Shown: positions 40,323 to 53,427, counted from the stretch's first letter. The stretch: DNA of 64,000 nucleotides from Octopus vulgaris (GCA_951406725.2 OX597823.1:74214001-74278000), one strand, 5' to 3'. Translations and numbers: made by a program. The notes: a model not told the origin generated them from the letters alone.

Positions 40323-41290
40323 CCCCTTTTGTGTCTGGTTACAACTGTTAAAATTGCGCGATAGTCCATTGAAAAAACAAACAAGTAAACAAAGAAAGAT
40401 TCTTCTAGCTGGGTAAAGCACAGAATTAGGCCTACTTCTTTAGTACTTCTTTGTTTTGAGACAATGGAAATATTTTTTTCGGAAGAAATTTGTTTTACTT
40501 TACGGTCCAACCAAAAAACAATGTAAACAGATGAAACCGATATTGTTCAATCTAAATTACTTGGCGTTCGTATTTTATAAAAATATGGTCTAATTTTTTT
40601 TTTTAAAGAACATGCACAACGACAGTGAAGTACTGTTAGATATTTCACTCGAAAGTTTAAATGCTAAGGCATTCGAAAGATGGTTGTCCCCTCTGTGTTT
40701 AACCCCTTGTGGGTAGTAAAGAAATAGGTTGGGTATGAACTTCTGTTTAACTACTTTACTTACCTCTTTTTTTTTTTTCATTTCTTTTCCTTGTGGCTGT
40801 CTTCCTCGGATAAGCGGGAACTGAATAACAGTGGCTAGTAGTAAAGATAAAGGTTGCTATCATCATCTTTAAGTTGCGCCTGTTAAAAAAGTTCTCTGTA
40901 TCTATGGTTATTAAGGAAATGCTTAAATATTAAGGCAAAAAAATATTGCCTACATTGGTATCAACACCTGATTTATAAGATGTGGTGAAGCAGATTATCT
41001 TCCGGCTTATTTTTAATTTATTTTTAATTTTCAATATTACTTTTAAAATATTAAGTTTCAAGTTTTTAGCTTTTAACATTCCAAAATAGTTTTATAATGC
41101 TATTTTAAACTAAATAATTTGCTCTCAGCTTTCACCCTTATTCCATTTATTCCTTTTCTAAGAAAGTGTGCAACCTAATCTTTACTTATTTATTTATTTA
41201 CTTATTTTTTTTATTCATTCATTCATTCATTTACTTATATTTTTTTGCATTTATATATTACATATTTTATTTCATTATATGATAATGAAA

Positions 41291-41612
41291 TAGGCGTAGA
41301 AGTGGCTGTGTGGTAAGCAGCATGCTTACCAACCGCATGGTTTCGGGTTCAGTCCCACTGCATGGCACCTTGGGCAAGTGTCTATTATAACCTCGGGCCG
41401 ACCAAAGCTTTGTGAGTGGATTTGGTAGACGGAAACTAAATAATTTGCTCTCAGCTTTCACCCTTATTCCATATATTCCTTTTTCTTTCTAAGAAAGTGT
41501 GCAACCTAATCTTTATTTATTTATTTATTTATTTACTTTTTTTTTATTCATTCATTCATTCATTTACTTATATATTTTTGCATTATATATTACATACTGA
41601 AAGAAGCCCGTC

Positions 41613-41649
<37 letters not shown>

Positions 41650-41885
41650 AGTGTGTGTATGTGTGTGTGTATATGTTTGTGTGTCTGTGTTTGTCCCCCC
41701 AACATCGCTTGACAACTGATGCTAGTGCGTTTACCTCCCTGTAACCTACCGGTTTGGCAAAAGAGACCGATATAATAAGTACTAGGCTTACAAAGAATAA
41801 ATCCTGGGATCGATTTGTTCGACTAAAGGCGGCGCTCCAGCATGGCCACAGTCATATGACTGAAACAAGTAAAAGAGTAAAACGG
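41291..41885 (+). mobile_element. SINE family A interrupted by a copy of its upstream flank
   Basis: SINE split at GGAAACT|...|CTGAAAGAAGCC by 41438-41596, which repeats 41112-41264. Confidence 0.9.
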
Positions 41886-42225
41886 TAATACATTATGCTA
41901 TGTTTATACATTAGTTCAATCAAAGCCTAATAGTGGCTTTTGTAAGCATCTCCCAAGCAAGCATGATAAAGTTGTTTCCCTTTGAGGATCTACTTTGGTA
42001 TGGAAAATTTTTCTTGGGTGTTGATTTTGCTTTTGCTTTTCTATTGATGGTACTTAAGGTGAACTGGATTTACAAAAGATGATGACGTGCAACGACCATT
42101 AAATTGGTCACGCAAAATCATTAAATCCTGATTGTAAGTTTTCAGAACCGTATCATTTAATAAATGCTCTCCTCCATGCTGAAGTTCTCTGGGTCTGCCT
42201 CTATTGTCATCGCACGTAGTTTGTC

Positions 42226-42273
<48 letters not shown>

Positions 42274-42284
42274 ACATATATATA

Positions 42285-42419
42285 TGTGGTCAGGAAAGGA
42301 AAGAAAGAAGGAGGAATTAACGCTTCGAGCGGAGCTCTTCGTCAGAAACATAGGAAAAGGAAAGATTCAAGGAAGGGAAGACAGAGGAAAAAAATCGCCA
42401 ACGATACACATTCGGTCAC

Positions 42420-42422
<3 letters not shown>
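42285..42422 (-). mobile_element. Hammerhead-containing repeat, second copy of the 33788 family
   Basis: Minus strand GTTTCTGACGAAGAGCTCCGCTCGAAGCGTTAA, within microsatellite. Confidence 0.8.
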
Positions 42423-42479
<57 letters not shown>

Positions 42480-42543
42480 ATCTCCTTTGTTTGGATGACA
42501 TCCTTGTTCAGGAATATCAGCTGTGTACCGATTTCAATGACTA

Positions 42544-42593
<50 letters not shown>

Positions 42594-43154
42594 AAAAAGT
42601 CAGTAGTTTGCTGAAGAATGAAACGGAGAATAAATGATTTTTATGATGGTCGTTTTGATGACAAGTACGTTCAGAAATAGCTTGTTGTTTATTAATTTGG
42701 TTTTGGTTTTAATCTGCTTGACTGATTTTCGTTTGACATCTGAATGTATTTATGGTGGGTTTTATATGCATTTGTGTATGTAACTGTGTGGTGATTCTTT
42801 AAAAAAAAATTCAGTAATTTGTTTTAGCAACATAAATATCCGCTAGTGACATTGTTTGGTTCATCTGGAAAAATCATTCTTTTATAAAATTTGCAGTGTC
42901 TATATAAATAGAGTGCTATGCGTTTAATTTTACAGGTAATTTTTTTTTGCTTTGTTAAAATGTTTTTTATTTGTCTTTTTCCATTTCCTGTCGGTAGTTT
43001 TGATCGTCTCTTGAGCTTTTATAAAATAGGAAAATCTTGAATTCTCTATTTCCGCAAACTTCCTAAGATGTTCGTTCAGTGTGTATTCTGTCAACTTTAT
43101 ACTTTTATTAATATATAGATCTGCACACTACAGACACTCTATAGATGCACGTGC

Positions 43155-43185
43155 ACACATATACACACACACATACATACATATG

Positions 43186-43280
<95 letters not shown>

Positions 43281-43386
43281 TATATATACACACATATATA
43301 TATATAACACATATATATATATATACACATATATATATATATACACACATATATATGTATATATACACATATATATATATACACAC

Positions 43387-43474
<88 letters not shown>

Positions 43475-43501
43475 GTGTATATATATATATATGTATATAT
43501 A

Positions 43502-43540
<39 letters not shown>

Positions 43541-43664
43541 ATATATATATGTGTGTGTATATATATATGTGTGTGTATATATATATATGTGTATATATAT
43601 ATATACACACATATATATATACACACACATATATATATATATATATATACACATATATATATAT

Positions 43665-43698
<34 letters not shown>

Positions 43699-43770
43699 AC
43701 ATATACGTATATATATATATGTATGTATATACACACATATATATATATATATGTATGTATGTACATATAC
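43155..43770. repeat. Long (TA)n/(CA)n/(TG)n mosaic microsatellite
   Basis: Directly visible. Confidence 0.98.
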
Positions 43771-43925
43771 ATTTGAATGTATATAGGTGCAGGCGTGGCT
43801 GTATGGTAAGAAGCTTGCTTCCCTCACTACTGTGTGGACGTGTTCCTCTTCGCTGCTGGAGTTACGTCTTTGTATACCAACGTCGTGAATTATCGAGGTA
43901 AGACATTTGTTTTTTGGGGATTCAG

Positions 43926-44496
43926 TGAGAATTATTGACCGATTGCTCAACTAGCTACTTTATATAAGATACGTACTACTAACTTGGAGTACGTTCGCAG
44001 GTTTGATACTAGTGTTTATTTATTTTTGCTGAAGATGAAGTCTCCACTGAATTCCACACATTTATCTGCCTGTGGTTGTGTTAAAGTCTCACTTAGCGGT
44101 GAGAAGTGTGTTGTGGTGGCGTATCCCTTCCAAAATTGTGTTATTTTTTGTGACTGTTTTGCGCCCTTGCCAGGAGGATTACCAAGTTAGTCAGGAGTAC
44201 CAGGACAGCCAGAAGAATTTGCTGTGTTTTTTTAAATGTTTCTCGTCTTCTTCTTTACTTCCTTTATTTTGTTTTTTGTTTTTTAACTTTGAACTTTTGC
44301 TTTTTGTGGACTTGTTTTCAAAAAAGAATCATGGCAAAGACGATAAATAACACTGCGTTGGAGTGGGAGATTGCCCGCCCAAACAGTGGATGAAAGACTT
44401 TGAAGAGAGGATGGTGATGCTGCGAACGTACTCCAAGTTAGTAGTACGTATCTTTTATATAAAGTAGCTAGTTGAGCAATCGGTTAATAATTCTCA
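43926..44496. repeat. Element bounded by near-perfect ~75-bp inverted repeats
   Basis: 43926-44000 is the reverse complement of 44420-44496 with one mismatch and a 2-nt indel. Confidence 0.9.
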
Positions 44497-45089
44497 ATAT
44501 TTCATATTCATGCATCTTCAGTGGCGGCGTGTCAGGGGGTTTAGACTTTGTCAGAACATCGAGTCACAGATGACTGGCGCAACCTTCTCACTCACTTTCG
44601 TGGCAATTGATGCTGAACATGATATTCTGTTCGGTGAATCTAGACATTTATTCATGCCTAACAACGTTGTCAATGTTCCCACTTCAGAAAGCTCAAGCAT
44701 TTTTGAGCAGGGCGTTATAAAAGCATGTTACTCTCACTACCGTGAAAAAGCTTCATAAGATATACGGTATTCGTAAGTTTCAGCTATTTGTTTTGAGTAC
44801 GTTTTGCTGCTTAGCTTCGTCTAAGCTCACTTTTGGAAACTAAAATACTATAAGAATAGCTTTCTCTTTAGGATTCCCGTTCTCAGCTCAGCGCACATCC
44901 TGCTGTGGCTTTTGTAGGCTTCAATAAGGCTAGAGTTCTTTGTTTTCTGCGTTATTCTAATATAATTCTGATTCACCTACGGCACAATTATAACTACTGT
45001 GACCAAAACACATAAATTAAAATGTCAGTGTATGTGTAGATGCGTAGACTTGGTTTTACATTGTATTAGTTGCAGGGATTTTCGTCATT

Positions 45090-45437
45090 TTTACCTCCGC
45101 CTTAGCGAAAGTGGAGGTGTTGTTTTCAGTCGTGTTTGTTTGTTTGTTTGTCCGTGGATAAGATATCTCAAGAATCGCTGAATCGATTCGAGATGCTTGG
45201 CCTCGTGACTGGCACGAACTGATTAGATGTTGGGATCGATCCAGTACCGGACAAGGATTTTGTATTATTGTTCCTGTTTTTTAAACTTAATTTTTGAGAG
45301 CAGTCGGGTTCATTCTCGTTTGTGAGAGCAGTCAAGTTTATCTCAGATATTCTCATTTTAAAAATCATCTCCGGCTAATCATTGAGAGGACGTTGGTGTT
45401 ACCTTGGCGGAGGTTTGCGCTCTCTGAATGTTCTTGC
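45090..45437 (+). mobile_element. Helentron-associated (DINE/HINE-like) non-autonomous element
   Basis: T-run/ACCTCCGCC sub-TIR with adjacent partial inverted copy GTGGAGGT, (GTTT)n microsatellite, 3' GGCGGAGGT followed by a short stem-loop. Confidence 0.75.
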
Positions 45438-46711
45438 TTATTATATTTTTTCTTATTTGTAGCAATAATTAATCTTACCACCCGCATTCACATCAAGTGG
45501 CAGGATCAGTTGAATCGTAGATAATCGTTTGTGGCTCTACATTATGAGTTCGAATTCAGCAGAGAATAGTCCTTCCTGAACCGATAATATAAGTACCTTT
45601 CAGTAATTAGATTCATGGTCAGGTGGCCACTAAAAGGACCAATCACCCAATGCAGTTTAAGTGGATCGGAGTGTTTTTGACACACAAAAGGATACAAAAA
45701 TCTGTCAAATGTGGCAGAGTTTCTCCTGTAAAAGACTAACAGCGAACCAAAGCTGACAAAGCGGTAGATGCAACCAGTTCATCTGCTTCATAAAACAGCA
45801 CGAACACGAAGCAGAACAGAGCTATCGAATTTGATCGGTTTGAGTGCGTTGGCTGATGTCCACAAAAAAGAGAAAAGTAGATAAATATTTTGTGTGCACC
45901 AGAGCTTACTTGAGATATAGATTTCAAGTTTCAACACTGCATTTCGATCTCTTAGCTCTCAATCTTGGAAACGTCTCAGATCACTAGACATATACCAGTA
46001 ATACAGGTTGATTCAATAGCTTGTATCCGACGTCTTAATAAAACTGGCATCGTGCCTTATCAAAAGAAAATGTTATTGTTTTTTTTTCCTTATTTCTTGT
46101 TGTTGATACTGCTTTTATCTGCTTAAGATATAATTTCTAAGGCGACCTGTTTTGTAGCCAGATCGGTTTAAAATTACTGCCGTACACAAACAACTGTTTA
46201 GAGATTTAGCTATTGATTGCTTTGCTTGTGTTACGACTCCGATTCTTTTACGTCTGCGACCGATTGATCAAAGTAGAGTAAAAATCTTAATATCGGATAT
46301 TGCATTTCTAAAGAGAGAAACGAATCGAAGCTAATTTATTTTAGGAATGTTTCAAAAATAATCAATACAAATAAGGAACATAGTAATACAAAAGCAAACA
46401 AAAAGAACCCCAGCAAAAAAACACAAAAAGCAAATATAATATAAACAAAAACAAAAATGATAAATAAGGTATAGGGCTCTTTGCGCAACTGATAAATTGT
46501 TTATTTTTTTAAAATTACATTTTCTTTGCTTGTTTTCCTTTCCGTGGACTGAGGTCTGCTGATGGAGTATTTCTTTATCAAACGATATTTCCTTCTTTCT
46601 TTCTTTATTTTTTTCGTAGTTTCTGTTTTTCGTTTTCCATTTCATCAAATCCACTCAATTTCCTCTGATCACAGAACCCGAGAGGATGTTGTATGCACAT
46701 ACAGACCAGAC

Positions 46712-47171
46712 CACATACATACATACATGTATACATACACGCACACACACACACACACACACATACACGCATACAATACACACACACGCATGCACTCCAC
46801 ACATATACATATACATACACGCACACGCATACACACTCGCGGACACATACGTATGTATGCATATATATATATACACATGCATATATGTGTATGTGTGTGT
46901 ACCTATACATGTACATATATGCGTGTATATATCCATATATATATACATGCATACATATATACATACATACATTCATACACACACACACACATATATATAT
47001 ATGCATATACATATACTTACATATATGCTTATATGGGCAGATAGATAGATAGATATATACATATACATATACTTACATATATGCTTATATAGGCAGATAG
47101 ATAGATATATATATAGGTATGTATGTAGAAACATATAAGTATATATATTTATATATATATCTACTTATATG

Positions 47172-47216
<45 letters not shown>

Positions 47217-47225
47217 GTATATGTA
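46712..47225. repeat. (CA)n/(TA)n microsatellite cluster
   Basis: Directly visible. Confidence 0.95.
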
Positions 47226-47952
47226 TTATTATCATTATTATTATTTTCATTATTATTATTATTTGGCATTCTTTATTTAATCTTCACACTCGTTGGTATT
47301 CTTCATCCAACCACTTGGTAGCTCAAATCTGTAGAAAGAATACAACTAAAAAAAAAAAAAATTACAAACAAAAAGAAGAAACAAGAAAAGAAACAGCGAA
47401 TGCGAAATCTACAAGGAAAATAAAAGCACAATATGCATTTGTTGAATCTTCAAAGCCACGAAGATTCAAGTGGTGGATTTTGACCACTTCTTGCAGAAAT
47501 TTCTTCACTTACACATAAACACACATACACACGCTATTACAGACATATGTATCGAACTGGAATACAAACACAGAGCATAAATATATACAAACACATCTTG
47601 GAACAGACATTCGAACGTCATACACACATATATATCGTATCTCTTCACTCTTTCCTTCATCCTCCCTCTCTCTCTCTTTTATCCATTTTCTCCTTATATA
47701 AATGGATATTGGTTTGTTTAACTTAGCAGAAAACCAACCGTGGAAAAGAAGAGTTATAATCAATTGCATCGATCAGAGTATATTACTGGTGCTTACTTTA
47801 TCGATCCACGAAAGATGAAAGGTAAAGAACTCCGACAAGATTTTCGACTTAAGATTTATAGCGAAGAACACAAATCCCAATAATACACGCGCACACACAC
47901 ATGTATGATATGTATAAACGTATTTGCATACATATACATATAAATTATGTTG

Positions 47953-48028
<76 letters not shown>

Positions 48029-48034
48029 ATATTG

Positions 48035-48405
48035 TCTTGTTTGAGTTATTGGACTACGGTCATGCTGGTACACCACCTGGAAGGGTTATACTTGAACAGA
48101 TCAAACCCAGTATTTATATTACTTTTTAAAATCTTGTATTTATTCCATCTGTCTCTTTGGTTAAATCCGTTATTTACGGGTACGAAAACAAACCGATATC
48201 AGTTGCAAGCGGTGGCCCGTGTCGGTGAAACGTAAAATGTGCCCGTGTTGGCACCACGTTATAAGCACATTATCATTCTGCGAAATGGTTGACGTTAAGA
48301 AGTAGTATTCACCAAACTGCCAAAACTACACTCCGGCGCGTAGCACCTGTCAAACCCTCCAGCCCATGCCAGCATAGAAACGGACTTTGAATGATAAAAA
48401 TGATG

Positions 48406-48486
<81 letters not shown>

Positions 48487-48490
48487 CCTA

Positions 48491-48524
<34 letters not shown>

Positions 48525-48690
48525 CGTTTGTCTACGATGGGTCCAGCAGAGTTACACACAGAAACCGTTGATCGGTCCAGCGCTATAGTTCAAGATACTT
48601 GTCTAAAGTGCTGTACAGCAGGACTGAATGCAAAACCACGTTTCCTTTCCAAAGCGAGCTTCTTAACCACACTTCCATGTCTATACGCTT
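48035..48690 (-). mobile_element. Degenerate composite SINE family A with internal (TATC)n and a fragment of another repeat
   Basis: GGTCATGCTGGTACACC near 48058 and CAAGATACTTGTCTAAAGTGCTG near 48591. Confidence 0.6.
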
Positions 48691-48999
48691 CCATTCAGAA
48701 ACGTGTATTGAGAGAGATACACAGATATTAAATAGTGAGCTGGAGAAAAATCGAGAGATTTAGAGAGAGATAGAGAGAGTGTCGAAATGGGCTTACAATT
48801 CTATTATGCTGCTTAGTCCTAATTGTATTTTGGGATGTTTATATCTTGTGACTTTCCTCTCCAATAGAGGCTTTGCCTATCTTTAATGCTGCACTCAATG
48901 CCTATAAAATATGTCATGAAGAGTTCACTGACTGAAATAGATGAAGAGAGTCAGTGTTCTTGACTATCTATCTATAGGTAGATAGACAGATAGATAGAT

Positions 49000-49087
<88 letters not shown>

Positions 49088-49272
49088 TGATAGATAGATA
49101 GATAGAGATATAGATAATATTCCTTTTCTTGAGTCATTGGGATCTATTACTTACATTAGCTATCTTCAATGCCCAACTAGCCTAAAGAATGAAAACATTA
49201 CGCATATAGACACACACATACACATACTCGCACATACACACACGTACACACACACGCACGCACATATGTACA

Positions 49273-49725
49273 TGCAGATCGCTCGGGCAAAATTTGATAG
49301 TTTGCTCAAAAGGGAACTAAAACACAACATAGGATCCAAAAATGGATGTATTTTTTAAAAATCAAAGAATATATATATTACATTATTTCTGGATGATAAC
49401 AGTTTACTTGAAATAACCGTCTTCAGCGTCCTCCATGGCCTCAAGTGACTCTGGAACATGCTGCATGCATTTCTCATTGTGCCAGTGGGAAAAACCTTCG
49501 AACGCTTCCTTGATCTTGGCCATTAGCTCGACCTTGGTGTACAGGTAGAACAATATGGTGTCTTTCTCAACCGCGCTCAAAATAATCCTTGGGATTACAA
49601 TCAGAGGAATTAGGAGGCCAGAAACTGGAGCGGGTGAAGTCGTCAAAATTCTCCAATAACCACACTTTTGTTGGATGTAGCAAAAGGCTAAATACTGCGT
49701 CCACATATATGGACATCAAGCAGTA
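49273..49725 (-). mobile_element. Decayed Tc1/mariner transposase C-terminus and terminal region
   Basis: Frameshifted WPPNSSDCNP(K)D motif (cf. WPPNSPDLNPLD), TKVELMAKIKEAF, EDAEDGYFK (cf. AEGGYFE). Confidence 0.8.
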
Positions 49726-50025
49726 AACCGTGTGACGGGATTTGGTAGACAGAGACTAAAAGAAGTCCCTAGTATTCTGGACGGCTAAAATCTACAAGTG
49801 TTTTTTTTTCTCTCTGTTTATTTTTTGTTGTTCCTTTCCGTTAGAGAGTGTGGGCTCGAAACGTAAGATACTTATTCATTTCCTCGAGCGTCAAACTAAT
49901 GCTCTTACTTGTTGTTCATACACCTGTCTTCATGATTGATTGATTGATTGATTGATTCTAGTTTCAGCTTATGAGCTGTGGCCATGCTGGGGCACCGACA
50001 TTTGGTGTTGCTACTTGGTTTCACT

Positions 50026-52155
50026 TCACGAAAGCTTTCTAGCAACTGCCATTTGGTGCATGAGAGAGTTCGATGCAGCTGCCCTCATCTGCCCCTCCTG
50101 CCGTGAAGTTGGTTCATCTGGGACACCTGACAGGAAGAGATCTAGCTTCCTTTTAAAGACATCTGCATCCACCTCATGCAGGTCTCTCAGGTTCTTCGGG
50201 AGGATATTGAAGAGCTGTGGGCCTCGGAAGCCCAGGCTATCACAGAATCTTGTCCTACATCTTGATGGCAAGTTTGGAGTCCTAGGCACCACGCAGTGGC
50301 GCCCAGTTCTGGCATTTGCGTAACTCTCGATGCCAAAGTTCAGGACACGTCCCTCCAGGATCTTCCAGATGTATATTATGGCATATCTTTCCCGCCTACG
50401 CTCCAGGGAATATAGTTTTAATCTCTTGAGTCTTTCCCAGTAGCTTACATTCTGCATAGAGGCTATCTTCTTCGTGTAGCTACGTTGGATCGCCTCGAGC
50501 TCTGTGATCAACTTGACACTGGATGGTGACCATAACTGAGAGCAGTAGTCAAAGTGGCTTAGGACAAGTGTCCTCCAGAGGACCATCATGGTTTCTTGTT
50601 CTCTTGTTCTAAAGGTTCTGAGGATCCATCCGGCCAGTCGTCTACATTTCATTGCCAATTTAGCAACATGTACACAAAAGGTCGCGTCATCACTCATGTA
50701 AATACCTAGGTCACGCACTGATTGTGCCTCTGGGATTGCTATTCCTCCGGGTCCAGTGTATTCATTGGGTATTGCATTTAGTTTTGCATGCTGATAGTAT
50801 AGAGCTTGAAACTTTTCAGCATTGAACTGCATGCTATTCTTTTCAGCCCACTTGTATATTTTGTTCAGCTCACATTGCAGGTGTTTAGTGTCCTCAGGGT
50901 TCTGTATTGCCTGTGAAACTTTTGTATCATCTGCATAACTTGTGATCGTGGCTCTCTGCGTGGCTGAGGGCATGTCTGAGAGGGCCATTATGAACAGTAG
51001 TGGTCCCAGAACAGTGCCCTGCGGAACACCGCTCACTATTTGCGTGTTAATGGAAGTGGCCCCATTGGCTACTACCACCTGACTTCTATCTTTCAGAAAG
51101 TCATGAAGCCATTCTCCCAGTTTTCCAACTATGTTGAGATCACGCAGTTTGTGACATATCATTCCATGATCGACTTTATCAAAGGCCTTTGCAAAGTCGA
51201 GATATATCACTTCCACATTTGAGTGGTTGAGCAGCCGTTTCAGCACCCAGTCATAGTGTTGTAGGAGCTGAGTTAAACAGCTTCTCCCTGGTCGGAAACC
51301 ATGTTGGGTGTCAGGCAGCAAGTCATTCTCTTCAAGGAAGGTGATCAGCTTCCTTCTGACTATTCGTTCCATGACCTTGCTGATGTGTGAGGTCAGAGAG
51401 ATAGGTCTGTAGTTCTTGGCTTCCGCTCTGCCACCTCCTTTATGAATGGGGCATATTTTACCTTCCTTCAGTTTTCTTGGAAGTTTGCCAGCTGCAAGGA
51501 AGCTCTGAAAGAGGAACTGCAGTGGTCTTGCTAGGACTCTCTTACATGCTTTTAGGAGGATTGCCGGGAATCCATCGGGGCCAGTAGCTGAGTCTGTTTT
51601 CATTTCATCTATAGCCTTGATTACATCGTCTTCCTTTATATCGATGTAATCTATCGTCGCCGCCTCTGATTTTATATCTGCAGTGGTAAAAAAGTCAGTT
51701 GGATTGGTGATTTGGAGATGCCCAAGGGGTGGAGTGAAAACACTCTTGAATTGCTCATTCAGTATTTCACTTACCCTCATTGGTTTTCCTGTAAGTGTGC
51801 CATCCTTTTCGAGGAGTGGCCCTATTCTACAGTGCACCGTGGCTGTTTCTTTGGCATACCTGTAGAAAGCTCTGGGGTTAGATTTTATGTTGTCTATAGC
51901 CCAGGCTTCTTTGTCTGCTCTTTCTTTTTCATGGGAGAGTTGCAGACATTTTTCGATTTCCAACAGTTTTATTTTTAGGCGGGACTTTTCACTGCTTTCA
52001 ATCTGTTTGTTTCGGCGATTTGAAAATTTTGTACGCCGTCTCATTAAAATTTTCCTCTCTCTGGGGATTTTGTTCTTGTGTACAGTGGCCTTTCTCTCTG
52101 GGACACATTTGTAGCATATGGCTTGCATTACAGACATGAATTGTTGAAGTTTCAC
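50026..52155 (-). CDS. LINE ORF2 reverse transcriptase portion (709 aa)
   Basis: GPDG, NYRPISLTS, QHGFRPGRSC, DFAKAFDKV, SGVPQGTVLGPLLF, YADD, RDLG. Confidence 0.96.
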   Translation of the reverse strand: MKLQQFMSVMQAICYKCVPERKATVHKNKIPRERKILMRRRTKFSNRRNKQIESSEKSRLKIKLLEIEKCLQLSHEKERADKEAWAIDNIKSNPRAFYRYAKETATVHCRIGPLLEKDGTLTGKPMRVSEILNEQFKSVFTPPLGHLQITNPTDFFTTADIKSEAATIDYIDIKEDDVIKAIDEMKTDSATGPDGFPAILLKACKRVLARPLQFLFQSFLAAGKLPRKLKEGKICPIHKGGGRAEAKNYRPISLTSHISKVMERIVRRKLITFLEENDLLPDTQHGFRPGRSCLTQLLQHYDWVLKRLLNHSNVEVIYLDFAKAFDKVDHGMICHKLRDLNIVGKLGEWLHDFLKDRSQVVVANGATSINTQIVSGVPQGTVLGPLLFIMALSDMPSATQRATITSYADDTKVSQAIQNPEDTKHLQCELNKIYKWAEKNSMQFNAEKFQALYYQHAKLNAIPNEYTGPGGIAIPEAQSVRDLGIYMSDDATFCVHVAKLAMKCRRLAGWILRTFRTREQETMMVLWRTLVLSHFDYCSQLWSPSSVKLITELEAIQRSYTKKIASMQNVSYWERLKRLKLYSLERRRERYAIIYIWKILEGRVLNFGIESYANARTGRHCVVPRTPNLPSRCRTRFCDSLGFRGPQLFNILPKNLRDLHEVDADVFKRKLDLFLSGVPDEPTSRQEGQMRAAASNSLMHQMAVARKLS

Positions 52156-52695
52156 GTCGATGTCTGGCGAGGAGAGACATTTAGCCAGTTTTGTTTGAGG
52201 ATCTCTTTCTCAATTTGTTTCCAGTTTGCCTTATGGTAGTTGAAGCTGGAAAGATTCTGAGGGTTTCTTGTAGGCTGCATGTCCGTGCTCTCTTTTGGCC
52301 CGTACATGGTCAGCTCTATCATGTTGTGATCTGAGAGTAGTGTCGGTGTCACTTTCACATTATGGATGAGATCCATGTCATTTGTGAAGCAGAGATCCAG
52401 TGTGTTACCTGCCCTGGTTGGTTGGAGTATTACCTGCTCCATGTACAGGGTGTTGATGAGGTTCAGGAGGGACCTCGCCTGTCCTCGTTCACATCTTGTC
52501 ATTCCTGGGAGAGAAAGGCCCTCGGGCCATCTGACATTGGGCAGGTTGAAGTCTCCCATAAGAAGTACACTTATGTGTTGTTCTAATGTGGTTAGAACTT
52601 CTTCTATTTTTATAAGGCAGTCTTCAAACTTGCCCACATGGCTTGGGGCATCTGGAGGGCGATATGTAGCACACAGGGCGATAAAAAATTCAACG
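52152..52695 (-). CDS. LINE ORF2 APE endonuclease C-terminal part, frameshifted from the RT at ~52181
   Basis: YRPP, GDFN, PTR..NTLDL, SDH motifs. The ORF-track N-terminus beyond ~52695 is microsatellite/SINE read-through. Confidence 0.93.
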
Positions 52696-52707
52696 ATATA
52701 CACACAC

Positions 52708-52753
<46 letters not shown>

Positions 52754-53289
52754 GCGCGCACACACATATACACACATATATATGTGTGCCTTTGTGTCCG
52801 TGATACCGCTTGGCAACCCATGCAGGTGTTTTCATGTCCCTGTCACTTAGCAACTCGACTATGTGGCTGATAGAATAAGTACTGGAGTCGATATATTCGA
52901 CTGAAAATTCTTCAAGGTAATCTCCTAGCATGGTGGCTGTCTAATTCCTGAAATAAGTAAAATATACATACATACATGCATACATACATACATACATACA
53001 TACATACATGCACACACACACGCACACACACATACGCACACATACATACTGCGAAGTTTGCTTTTCTCATCTGAATATTCTAACATGATATTGTGAATAC
53101 ACAGGAAATCAAAGTTTATATGAACTATTCGTTTAAAATGTGTTACGCATTGAACTATGTTCGGAATAAACCTTCCAAGGATAATATGTATGTAATTAGA
53201 CGTGCGTGTGCGTGCTATTCCCAAACCCCTACAGTTAACTTTATAGATACTTACAGATATTTTAGTTAGCGTGACTGAATAGGTAGATA

Positions 53290-53373
53290 TGTATATGTAT
53301 GCTCCTGTGTGTATACATAATCATACATATATGCATACATACGTATATGCATACATACATATATATATATATG

Positions 53374-53427
<54 letters not shown>

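Larger units (their letters stand above)
49933..52695 (-). mobile_element. 5'-truncated CR1/Jockey-group LINE with (AATC)n tail
   Basis: APE endonuclease remnant, RT ORF, short 3' UTR, and (TGAT)n at 49933-49957 on the plus strand. Confidence 0.96.

Noticed and set aside
52696-52931. N-terminal 80 aa of the 259-aa ORF as part of the LINE
   Set aside because: It reads through microsatellite and an antisense SINE; the LINE is truncated at ~52695.
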